64,000 nt of DNA, from positions 992,001-1,056,000 of the forward strand of contig CM052825.1 of NCBI GenBank assembly GCA_028534125.1, read 5' to 3'. This DNA is from Lama glama (lineage: Eukaryota). Below are positions 36,526-48,000 of this stretch, piece by piece (within the stretch, counting starts at the first letter, position 1; every line of letters starts with the position of its first letter). The notes beneath the pieces are model-generated. The model made no database searches. It saw only the letters and a program-made list of their open reading frames with translations, and was not told where the DNA came from. A program made the position numbers and the translations under genes.

Positions 36526-37834
36526 GAGGCCGCGCGTGAGTGCAGTGCCGTCTGGATTTCAAAGCATTTAGCGCTTTCAAAGCACTCGAGCATCCACAGC
36601 AGACAGGTGTACACACTAGCTCACTGGCCTCTCCCTGAGATGGTCCCAGGTCTCCTTTGCAGGGACTGATCCAGGGGCTTTGCGAGCTGCTCTGGTCCTG
36701 CCTGTGCCCTGTGCTGGGCCTCCAGTGTTTGTGGGGCCCAGGAAGTCATCCTGGAGAAGAAATCCAACCCCAGCCCCAAAGAGCAAGGCCACCGCTAAGA
36801 CGGACAGGCTCAGTTCAGGGTCAGCGAGGAGCAGAGAGGGCAGAGCCCCTGAGAACACAGCGAGGGTCTGTCCGGAGGGCCTGGGATGCCCGGAGGAGAC
36901 GTCGGCCAGCAGAAACTGCATCTCCATGTGTCCCCTCCTCGGTGTCCCCGGCGCCCAGCCCAGGGCTTTGCCCCAGAGGGTCTGTGGCATTGGGGGCCAT
37001 CCCAGGTTTTGGAGTGGGGGAAGGGGTGGCGCTGTGTCCACTGATCTCTGGTGCTGCTGTGTGCCCCTGCACAGGAGCGCTGGAGGCAGGGAGGCCCAGT
37101 GGAGGCTGAGAGGCCCCCTGGCATGGTGGGGAATGCTGAGGCTGAGACTACCTTGTTGCGGGGCCCTCTGTGTGATTCAGGGGGTTCCTCCCCTCTGGGC
37201 CCATACCTGTGAACCATGGTAGATGCCTTCTGACCTGGGGGCTGAAGCAGTGGCCTGTGAGGTCCTACAAGGGGCTTGGTGGCCACACAGAGCCTGGGCT
37301 GAATCCCCCCAGGCCCTCAGCTGGCCCCAAGCTATGCCAGAATTCCTTGTTTCTGGGCCTGGCTCCTCTCCCAATGCCGCCTCCTGCAGCTCCATGGACA
37401 CTGTCTGTATCTGCCTGCCAGCCTTCATGGAGCCCCCCACCCCCAAGCTGCCACTGGGGTCCCGCTGTTCCTCCTGCATAGACACCGCCCTCAGGGGCAC
37501 TTCCTGCAGCCAGCCTTGCAACCATGGGGTGCACACTCGCTCTCCAAGTCTCAGAGCCTCTGCTGGGGCTGGGCCCCCGGCTGCAAGACTGGCTCCACCG
37601 CTGAGCAGTCAGTGTGCATCCTTGGGCCAGTGCTGGGGCCTCCCACCTCCCCAGCGACCAGTAGGGGCCAAACACTAACTTGGATAAGATACTGAGCCCA
37701 CGGAGGTGAGCAGGGAGCCAGGGCACCTCGATCAAGTCCTTTCCTTCCCCTTCCCCCGACTCCCAGACTTATCCAGGGAAGGCAAGTTGCTTTAGCCCTC
37801 TGAGCCTCACTTTTCCTACCTTTAAAATGGGCAC

Positions 37835-38410
37835 CACGGTGTCTTTTGAAGGGTGAAGACGTTAAATGTTGGTGAAGTCCACTTTACAATTTTTCTTTTA
37901 CAATCTGTGTTTTTGTGTCACGTTTGAGAAATCTTTGCCAAACCCAAGGTCCCTAAGATTTTCTCCCATGAAAAGACAAGCCGCAGTGTGGGAGAGAATG
38001 TTTGCAGAACGCATATCACGAAGGACTTGTATTCTGAGTATATAAAGATCTTTCATCACTCAGTCGTAAGAAGACTCAGCCCAGTTTCTAAAGTGGGCCA
38101 AATATTTAAGCAGACATTTCACTAAAGAAGTCGTGATGAATCAGCCATGAAAAGATGCTTGAGATCATTAGCCATTAGGAAAACGCAGATTAGAGCCACA
38201 GTGCGGCACCACCTCACACCTCCTGGAAAGGCCGCAGTGAAACAGACTGACTACAGCAAGTGCTGGCGAGGACGGGGGGCAGCTGGAGCCAGTGGGGGTG
38301 TAGAGCCGGGCAGCTGCTTTGAGCAAGCTTGGTAGTTAAACATATGCCTGCTGTGAGAGCAGATGCTCCTCTCCTGAGCGCTCAAGAGAGTCTGGGACAC
38401 GTGCGCAGAC
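37835..38410 (+). mobile_element. 5'-inverted L1M insertion adjoining a MIR
   Basis: 37835-37970 is antisense L1 ORF2; from 37968 the adjacent L1 segment runs in sense. MIR core immediately left (37780-37833). Confidence 0.8.
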
Positions 38411-39202
38411 AGTCCCAGCCCAGCTCGGGTGCTCAGGCGTCCCAGGCAACTTGGGGCCCGGCAGGACCGGAGCACCGCCTCTCCGCGTTGCTGGGAGGGT
38501 TCGCCTTGCTGGTGGACGCTTCTACGTGGGCTGCACGTGGGAAGCACAGAACAAGTATGCCTCCCATGTTGTCTTCATCTCACCCGCCGGCAACAGTGTG
38601 CGGTTGGGGAAACGGAAGCCGGGACGGGGCAGGCTGTTGACAGGGACTGGCCAGCAGGCCAGTGTCAATGCCGGGCCCAGCAGCCAGCCTCTGACTGTGG
38701 CCGGTGGACGCCCAGCTCCCTTTCCTTCCTCCGTCCTGGTGGAGCCGCTGAACTTCCATCTCATGGGGATGGGAGTGTCTCCACGCTTCCCCCTCAGCTG
38801 GATCAGGGCCACAATCCCTGGGCAGACTGGAGCAAATCCCCCTCCCTGAGCCACCCAGCTCATCAGCGCCCCGTTAGAGCAAAACAAGGAGCACCTGCCC
38901 AAGGGCCCTTGCTGGTTTCGGCTAAATGAACCCAAAAGGAGTCGCCTGCTGCTGGAGTTGGCTTCGGTGGCAGCCTCGACAGTGGCAGAGAGCAGGGGAG
39001 TGCCGAGCATCGGCTGGAAGAACGGAGCCTTCAGCTCAGCTCCCGGGTGAGGACTGGAACTCCCCCTGGCTGCCAGTGGGGGAGGCAGAGGCAGCCTTGG
39101 TCTCACCTCACCCCCGAGCCGCTGCGGCATGGGGCTGGGGGTGTAGGGAGTGGAGGCAGAGCTGGGGAGCCGGGCACAGCTGGGACCACCGGGAGCCCGC
39201 AG

Positions 39203-39600
39203 TGTTCCGATTGTCCACTGCTGCGTAACAAAGCACCCCAAACTCAGCAGCTTGAAACAATCGTCATTTATTCTGTTCCCGAATCCCACCCTGGGCATTG
39301 CTGGCGTGGGCTGGAGGTTGGTCTTGGCTCCACGAGGCATGGGGTGGGCAGCCTGGCTGGAGACTGAAGGGCCTCATTCCAGACGGTGCACTCCAGTGGG
39401 GGCAGGCTGTGGGCCTCTCTGTGTGGCCTGGGCTTCCGCAGGATAAGGTGTCTGGGTTCCCAGGTGACAATCATATGGCCATTTGAGACCCAGCCTCAGG
39501 GGTCCCAGAGCATCACGTTGCCCCGTTACCTCATGGGGGCCACGGAAAACAGAGGGCTGGGGCACAGACCCCACCTCTTGGCGGGAGGGTGGTGGGGTTC
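39203..39600 (-). mobile_element. MLT1 LTR
   Basis: 'ccactgctgcgtaacaaagcaccccaaactcagcagcttgaaacaatc' terminus. Confidence 0.7.
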
Positions 39601-40809
39601 TGGAAGGTCGTGGGGACAGGAAGCTAGCGATGCGGCGTTTTTAGAGCTACAGCCTGCACCTGCTCGGCCTCCACACCCTGCAGGCAGGGAGGACCCCAGA
39701 TTCACCCAGCCTAGAGCCCCCCACGAATGCCGGCCCTGCCCAGTGCATTGCCTCATGGCCTGAGGGCAAATCGGCTTGGGAAGCCCTGCCATGGCTTCCC
39801 CTGTCCTGCAAAGGTCCTGGCTTGTTAACTCAGAGGGTCTGGGGGCGGGGCGGGGCCTGGCAGCCAGGGGCGTGGCCGGTGGTGGGGTGTGGCCAGTGGT
39901 GGGGCGTGGCCTGTGGTGGGGGCCGGCTTTGGTCACCTGGTCCAGGGCCGCAATGCTTCCCTGGCAGTGGAAGACCTTTCTCTTTCATGTATGGTCTTCC
40001 CTTCCATGAAGGGGACCCTCCATCCCTCCCGTCCTGTTCACCTCTTTCACAGTCTGCGGGAGGCCTGGGCCGGGCTATGTTTCTTGGGAAACAGAAGAGC
40101 ATGCAGTAACCCGCCAATAGTTCTCCAAGTTCAGAGTCACTGCAGTCGCCAGGGTGTCCCCACACCTGCCCTGGGGCTTTCCAAACATCAGGGTCCACCG
40201 GGACCCCCTCCCTGTGAGATGTTGGCGAGGCCCAGAGTGGGAAACGGGCTTGCCCTGGGCAGGCACCTGGCCACGGCACAACAGGGCCTCCGCCACACCG
40301 CTTGCCGCCTGTTGTCAGCAGTAGCCCTGTCGTTCCAAGCCCCGGAGGGGCAGGTCCTGGCCTGGGCCTTAAGCCACCAGTGGGGGCCTCCGTGACCGTC
40401 TGGGGGACGCTGTGCAGGGCTGTGAGGACTGGCTGCAGTCCTGGGCACCTGGGTAGAGCAGGGACGGCTGGGCAGAGTCGGGGGGATCTGATGGCCAAGA
40501 CCCCCACTTAGCCTCCATCCAGAGGTCGTCTCCAGGACAGGAGCCTGGCCGCGGGGAGCTGCCTCCCATGTGACTCCGGGCACCTGGCAGCTTCTACCTC
40601 CTCTTTCCTTACCTTTGGAAAGGGCCTGCCTGCCGCCCACCCCATTCCCGGGGGAGCAAGGTGACGACAGCCCCCTGAGCTCCAGGTGCACCCCAAGGGT
40701 GGCATGTGGGTGGAGACCCCAGGTTCTCTTCTGGGGGGAAGAGGAGGGGCCTCGGTGTCCCTCGGCCGAGCCGCGCGTCCCCCGACCCTGCACCAGACGG
40801 GCTCGGTCC

Positions 40810-41050
40810 CATCAAATTCTCCAAGTTAACAAGTGCAGGCCTGATGATTAACTAGATTTGCAAAGTTGATGAAAAGCTCGGGATATAAATAAATATTCCT
40901 GGAGACATCCCACCCCCCGCAGGCATGAACTTTGAATAATTGGAGAGAATTATGCTGAGGATTAATCAAAACTTTTTTTTCCTTTCGCTAATTACCTCTG
41001 GCTTCATCAGTGTCAGAGTCTAATCAACCCCAGACGTCGTAATCGACCCT
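40810..41050. promoter_or_regulatory. Candidate enhancer (homeodomain/MAF motif cluster)
   Basis: AT-rich island with no recognisable repeat and at least 6 TAAT-core sites, including GGATTA directly next to TGCTGA. Confidence 0.5.
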
Positions 41051-44000
41051 CGGGAAACGTGAGGGACGGGGGTGTGGGGAGGGGGGAGGGCGGGCTCGGT
41101 GCCACTTCGAGGGGGGTGGGGAGCTGGGCGGGGAGCCTGGTCCAGCTCCAGAGCCGCCCTGGCCTGGGGTGCGGCTGGCGGGGGCGGGGGGCGGGAGCCA
41201 GCCCCCAGGCCCGCCTCTGATCCAGATGAGGGGAGCGGTGATGCAGTCCAGCCGTCCAGCCGCCTCCCTCCGCTCCTCCCTCCTTGCTGAGTTTCTCGGT
41301 CAGATGGACGGGGCCCAGGATGGGGGCGAGCACTGGGGCGGCCCCAGTCGTGGGGAGTGGCGGGTGCTGGCCGGCCACCGTGGTGGGCCTGAGGGCTGGT
41401 CAGGATTCTGCGCATCTCTAGGGGAAGGAGGCTTTGCCCCCCCAACCCCCAAGCCCTCCGAGGAAGTCATCTGCACCTGATGAAGGACCCCTGTTCCGGG
41501 GGCACGGCCCCAGCGCCCGCCCGGAGGAGAGGCCAGGGCGTCGGGCCATTGCCTCCGTCACAGCTCTCTCGCCGCCTCGCAACCGCAGGGCGTCTGGGCT
41601 GTGACGGCAGGACAGGCAGTGGCTCTAGCCCCTCCGGGCAGCGCCCCCCCACGCCGGCCTCTCCCCCTGCCTGGGCCTCCTTCCCTGGGGCTGCTTCTGA
41701 CCCGCGCCCCCTCCCCTTCCTCGTTTGGCGAACCAGATGAGCCTTTGACCAATGTCTGAAGAAAACTCTCCTGCCTGGACGTTCGCCCCAGCGCCCTCTG
41801 CTCAGGAACGGAAACCCCGCCCTGGGCCCCTCAGCACTCGTGCCGGCCTGGTCTTGCTCCTCTTCCTGGCACAGTTCCTAGGAGATGCTGCGGGTCCCGG
41901 TCAGGGTCACCGGCCCAGCCCCCTCTAGGGCCACCGTGTGGCCTCTGAGCAGGAGGAACGGGCCCCTCCCCGGCTTCTCACAGCCACGGCCTGCAGACCC
42001 CACGCAGCTGCCACCGGCAGCCGGGAGCAGCCCCCAGCCCAGCAGGGGGTGGAACTGGCCTCGCGCGGGGCTGGGACCTAGGAGGTGACAGCCTTGTGAA
42101 TCCCCACAGCCCCCGCCAAGGAGCCTGGACCCGGGGTCCTGAGACCTGGCTGGGGGACTTGGGTGCCCGGCACCCTCCCGTCAGGGGGCCCGCATGTACC
42201 CAGGATGGCTGAAGGGTGGTGTCTGGGTCACTCTTTTCTCCCTGGGGCTCCGGTGGTTGCTGCTCCCCCTGCAGGCAGGTCCTGGCTCACAACCCCCGTG
42301 GGGTCGGCCCTGCCCCCCATTCTCCCCGTGAAGCCGCACCCCCGCCTGGTGCCCCGTGGCTGGCTGAACCTGGCCCCACATCTTTCTTCTCGCAGCAGAT
42401 GGAGAGGATGGTGGGTGGGAACCGGGGTCCCCGGGGCATCAGAGTTGAGGCTGCTTCCTTCCTGTGTGGAGAGGGGTGCACCGGCCTCTGCTGCTCTGAG
42501 CGACGTGGGGCAGAGGCTCTGGGGTTTGTTCCTTTTCCTTCCAAACTTTCCTAAAAGGGGTTGAGATCGCCTTTAATTACAGAGCAGAGGGAGGCAGAAG
42601 GCACAGCGACTCTGCAGGCAGAGTGACCCCCAGAGGCCCAGGCCTTGCAGAAAGGGATAGGGGGCAGGGGGCTGGGGGGCGGGGGCCCCAGGGGTGGGAG
42701 GATGGTGGTGCCTGGAGGGGCCCTGGCAGATGGAGTCCGGGGAAGTGGGGGCCTGAGGGGCCTCTGCCGGTGTCTCTGACTTCCCCCCTCCTGCCTTCCT
42801 GTCTCTCCACCCATCTCCCTGGGTCTCAGGTGTGCCCCTGCGCAAGGTGGGCATAGGCCATGGCCACAGGGGTCGGGGCAGGCTGGGTCATCCCCGCGGC
42901 CTGCCCCTCCTGGTGCTGGGTGACCAAGTACCCCCGCAGTCCCCCATCAGAGAGGGAGTGATGTTCCCACCGCTGCCTCCCCCTGCCGTGATCCGGCGGG
43001 CAGAGACAGGCCCAGGCACCCCTGAGCCCTGGCCACTCTGGTCCTTCTGCCACCTCTGCCCCTCAGCCAGACCTTGGAAGTCCATTATTTCTGTTTCCTG
43101 GCAAAGACAGGGTAGCCGACCACTGATCTGAGAGATTATAGGTCCTTTCTTCTGTCTTTAGACAGGTTGGGGGTTAGCGTCACACCCGTGTCCACAGGAG
43201 GGAGCTGCTTGACAGGGCACCTGTGGCTCCTGGGCCAGCCGTGGATGTACCGAAGACCCCTGCCCTTTGCTGGGCACAGCCCAGCAGGACCTGTGCACTG
43301 GGGGTCCAAGGGCAGCCGCTCCACCACCTCGCCTGTCCCCAGGAGGCCTGTGCTCCTGCCCCACCCTGACCCTGGATTGCTGTGTGTCTCTGGGCACAGG
43401 CCTCCCCTCTCTGGGCCTATTTATCTTCTCTCCTCCACATCGGCTTCCGCACGCCCCAGGTCCTTCAGGCCCAGACGCTGGGTAGCTTCAGCTGGGCAGG
43501 GCCCCCAGAGGCTGTCCCCACCTTCCCGGGCACCCGGGCTCCCGCTAGGCCCGAGGGCTGCCTGGCCTCCTTGTCTGCAGCAGGACCATCCGTCACTGCT
43601 CGTGACAGATTATCTGTCCCTCTCCCTGCTGCTGCTCTGGCTATTCCGGCTGCAGAGCAGTGTTTATCACTCCCGACAACACGACTCCCTCCCTCCACCC
43701 GCCCCGCCTCCCTCCCCTGGCCACAGATAGCAGGAGGTTTTCTGGGGCTATTTTCATGGTTTTAATTTTCCATTCCCCGCCCCCTCTCTTCCCCCTTACT
43801 ATATTCTGGGCTCTTTTTGGGCTTCTGGAATGAGCCTACATTTTCCCAGTGATATTTTTTAATAAAAACCATCATTTATGATTATTTTTCTTCCCCACGA
43901 ACTGTCAGCTTCCTCATCTGATTTTTTATCGCCGTGGTGTCCTGCCCGCTTTGTCACCACGCAGGCGCAGATGGGCATGTGTGCGCATCCCTGTGGGCTC

Positions 44001-44986
44001 GAGGGTGTGCTCCAGAGCCGCAGGTGGGGACTCTCCTGCCCCTGCCCTGCCCTGTCTCAGCCCAGCCCTGCGGCCCTCTGTTCTCCGCGGCCCCTGGTCT
44101 CCTGAGCTTTTCAGTTCTCCTTCAGGGGAGTGTCACCTGCACATCTTTCTCAGCTCCGTTTATTAGAAGGGACGGAGGTCTCGGAGGAGGTGGGGCTGCC
44201 TGCAGTGTCTGCCCGGCTACTAATGGCTCAGGACCATCAAGGACAGTGGTTTTCCACAGAGAGTCTGGTCTAACACACCCTCCAGCAAGACCTGGGATGG
44301 GGCCCTGCATCCAACAATCGGTTCCCTCTTTTTAAAATATAGACAAATGTGGGGCTGTGGGTCATTCATTCATTCAACAAACATTCCTGGAGGGCCTACT
44401 ATGTGTGGGAAGAGCCACACACCTGTCCTAAGGTAGGAACCAGCTTAGATGTCACCCTCCTGATACCAGAGCCTCCACTCACACTCACACACTCACAGAA
44501 TGGAGCCCTGCGCTGCCCTGTGATTTTGCTGTGTGACCTCCGGCAAGTTGCTGACCCTCTCTGAGCCTTCATCGCTTTCCTTCTCTGGTCTCCGTCCACC
44601 CCTGGCTGGACATTGGTCCTTTCCTCATCAGCCCCCAAGGGATCGTGTTTCAAGCAGCTGCAGCCTCTTCCCGGTTCCTTCTCGGCTGCTTGCCAATTAC
44701 CCAGAGGAGCCAGACCTGTCTTGAGACAGCCAGCTCCGGACAGCTCCTCCCCTGCCTGCCATACCCAGGCGTCCCAGACCAACCACATGGCCCTCCCACC
44801 CCTGCCAGGCTCTCGCTGGCCCCTGCTCCTTGGCCATCTTTGGAGACAGGACCCTGCTGGGTTCACTGGTGCCTGGGTTCCGAAGCCTGGGGCCACTGTC
44901 CCGGGTTCCAGCCCGAGGTTGGCCGGACGAGTGAGTAATGGGTTTTCCCAGCCCAGCTTCTCCCTTATCAGTGGAAGGAGAGGGTG

Positions 44987-45022
44987 CTATGAATATTCAT
45001 AGGGCTCACATGAATATTCATG
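44987..45022. promoter_or_regulatory. Two POU MORE-type palindromes
   Basis: CTATGAATATTCATAG (44987-45002) and CATGAATATTCATG (45009-45022). Confidence 0.45.
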
Positions 45023-48000
45023 ATGGCAATGATGCTCTCCCTCCATCCCCTTGCCCTTGGGCACCTCCATAGCTTTCCAAGCTCCGGCCCCTCCCCTTGA
45101 TCCCCGCCTGCAGGTGGCTTTATCTCCATTGGCAGGGAGGCGGGCAGGAGCCCCTGGTCAGGGAGGTCCCTGGTGGGAAAGAATCCCTGGCCTGGTGCCT
45201 GGGGTCCAGGCTCGCATCTGCACTCTGACCCCACTTCCCATGGGAGGCCACTTCCCCTGGACCTCAGTTTCCCTCCTGACCTCTACTGGCCCTTCTGGGC
45301 CTGAGGGTTTGGCCAGGCGGATGGCTCCAGGAACACACACATCCTCTCTGACTCCACTTTCCCTGCTCCACTGTGTGAGGACAAAGCTGGGAGGCTTGGG
45401 TTCCCTGAGGTGGAGCCAGGCAGACCGGGTTACCCAGGACCGGTAACCAGAGAGGCCCGGGGTCTGGTGTCGCAGGCTGGTGGCCAGGGACCGCTCTGCT
45501 GGCCATCCCCTGGGACAGGCGAGACAGGCAGGCGAGGGCGCTGGCTGGGACGGCGGGGGCTCCAGGAGCAACAGAGGGAGGGGTTGGGTCCGGAAGGCGG
45601 GGTGGTGGGTGGGCAGGGCTCGGGAAGACCTTCGCCTTCAGGGTCAGGGTGTGCGGAGACCTCAGCTCCTGGAGGGGAGGCTGGCTTTGCCATGCACGCT
45701 GTGTGACCTTGGGCAGGTGGCCCGGCTCTGTGCCTCAGTGTCCCTCTCTGTGCAGGCCTTTCCCTGCTGTGTTCAAGGCTGAGCTACCCTGGCTCCCAAG
45801 GTGTGGGAGGGCCCCCTCTGAAGGCATTTGGCCATGTGCTCGGAGGGGAGCCAGCTTGGGGACACACCGCAGGGCCCAAAGCTTTGAGATTCTGGGAGGC
45901 CAAGCCTCTGCTTGTGCCCTGTCCCCCTGCCCATCACCCCTGAGCTCTCAAGAGCAAGCTGCCATCTGACTCCAGACCCCCATGGGCTCCTCCCTCCGCC
46001 GAGGCACCTGTGCTCATGCTGAACCCCGAGTTCCCTGCATCTCCCTCTTGTCTGACTCTCACTGGGCTGCAGGCGGTGGGCATCCAGGGTCCCTGCCTCT
46101 TTCTGGGTGCCCAGCTCGGTCTCACAGCGATGGACCCTCCACCGGGGGCAAGAGGTAGCCTCCGGCCTGCAAGCCTTCTCCGGGGGGTGGGGGGCTTGGC
46201 AGGAGCAGGTGGGTGGCCGGACTCATTAAGGAGAACAAGCCCTGCTCAGTGCCTTCCGGAGGGCTCCGAGGCAGGGCCCCCTCGGTCTCCTGATCGCCTG
46301 CTAGACCGTGTGGACAGCGGCCTCCCCCGCCTGCACACAGACTAAAGGTGTCCCTGTGCTTCCAGCTTGCTCTGGCCACCGTCCTGGGGCTCCACCTGCC
46401 CTCCCCACGGCGTGGAAGTGGAGGCTCGCAACGCTTCGGTGCTTGCCCAAGGCCGCCCAGGGGGCAGGTGGGACCAGGCCCCTGTCCCCGCTTCCCAGGC
46501 AGGGGACAGACAGAGGGCCCCCGCCCTCGGGTCTCACTGAGGCTGACCCTGCGAGAGCTCTGTCGCTGAGACCCAGCCCGCTCTGCGCTGTTTGCCTAAA
46601 TTTGTTCAACCCCGTCTTCCCACGGGACCCAGGTGGCCACCGCCGACATCTGTGGGGACACAGCAGAGGAATGCCTAATAAGGGCTCGGCGTGGCCCCGC
46701 CATGGAGCGCAGGCTGGGACAGATGGTCCATCATTACCCATTTTTATTAATTACTGGCTCCGCGTGCGGCGATTGGCTCGCAAGCCCCGGACTCGTCGGA
46801 CGTGCCGCCGTCCCGGCTATTCTGGAAGGAAGAACGGCCCTGCATTTAGCTCAGCGGGTGCTTCCTCCCGGCTTCCTTTGAGGCCACAGACATTTCTGGC
46901 TCAGAGTGGTCCCTGGGGGACCAGGCCAGGCAGGGAGAGGCGAGTGTGCAGCTGCCACCTGCCCGAGGAGACTGGGAGAGGGGCTGGCGCAGGACAGATG
47001 CAGGGGGCCCCACCTACCCCAGCCCCGGCGGGGGCGGGCCACCAGACACCCGGGCCCCGGGCCCCAGCTCAGGGCTGAGGCTGCCTCCTACGCCCTCTCC
47101 CTGCTGGCCTCAAGCCTGCTGGGCATAACCAGCCTCAGAAAGAGCAAGTCTTCCATGTCCACCCCCAGACGGGGGCACCTGGGGCCCACAAACCCCCTGG
47201 TGCCGCAGGAAGCCCATGCTCCTGGGTGCTCTTCTGCGTAGAGGTCCACAGTCTCCCTCTTGTTTGCAGATGCTCCAGACCCCAGCCTCATCTCTCCCGG
47301 GGGCTCCTGAGACTCTGCGGTCCCACAGCCCTGGGTCCCAAGCCCAACACTGGCTCCAACTTGCAGAGACGCTGGGTGAGTACCCCCCCCATCCCTGGGC
47401 TTCACAGCCCCACCTGCAAAGGGGAGGCCCTGACCTACTGAGTGCCCACGCAGCAGAAGGCCTCAGAACGCTGCCGCTCTGTGGCTGCTGCTGGTCCTAG
47501 GTTTGCTTTTGGCAAGTCCCACGTTGCCTGCAGCCTCTGCAAGGAGTGATCGTGTCCTGCTGGACCCCCAACAAGAAGGGAAAGAAAGTGCGTTGGGGGC
47601 ACAGGGACCCGCGTCATCAGACAGTCCTGGGAGGGGATGCTGGGTGCACTGGGAGGCCCCACTGCGTCGGGCCGCCCTGGGAGTCCGCGTTTCCCTGCTG
47701 GCCAGGACGCCGCGTTCCCTCCGGCTTCCGAGTGTGGCCCGTTAGCTCAGGAGATAATGGGACATGAAGCACAAGATTTCTAGTCAATAAAAAGGCGCCT
47801 CGGAGGCTTTTAGATCTTCCCTCTGTCACACTGGGTCGGCACTTTATCTGCTGCCCACTTGACAGTCTGTCATAAAGCTGGGTCCCTGCCCTGCTGGAGC
47901 CCACCACGGCTTGTCCCGGCCGCCGCCCGTGAGCCGGCGGAGCCCAGACACCGGCGAGGTCAGCTCCAGAGGGGCCTGCTGGCTGTATGGCCGGGAGAGC

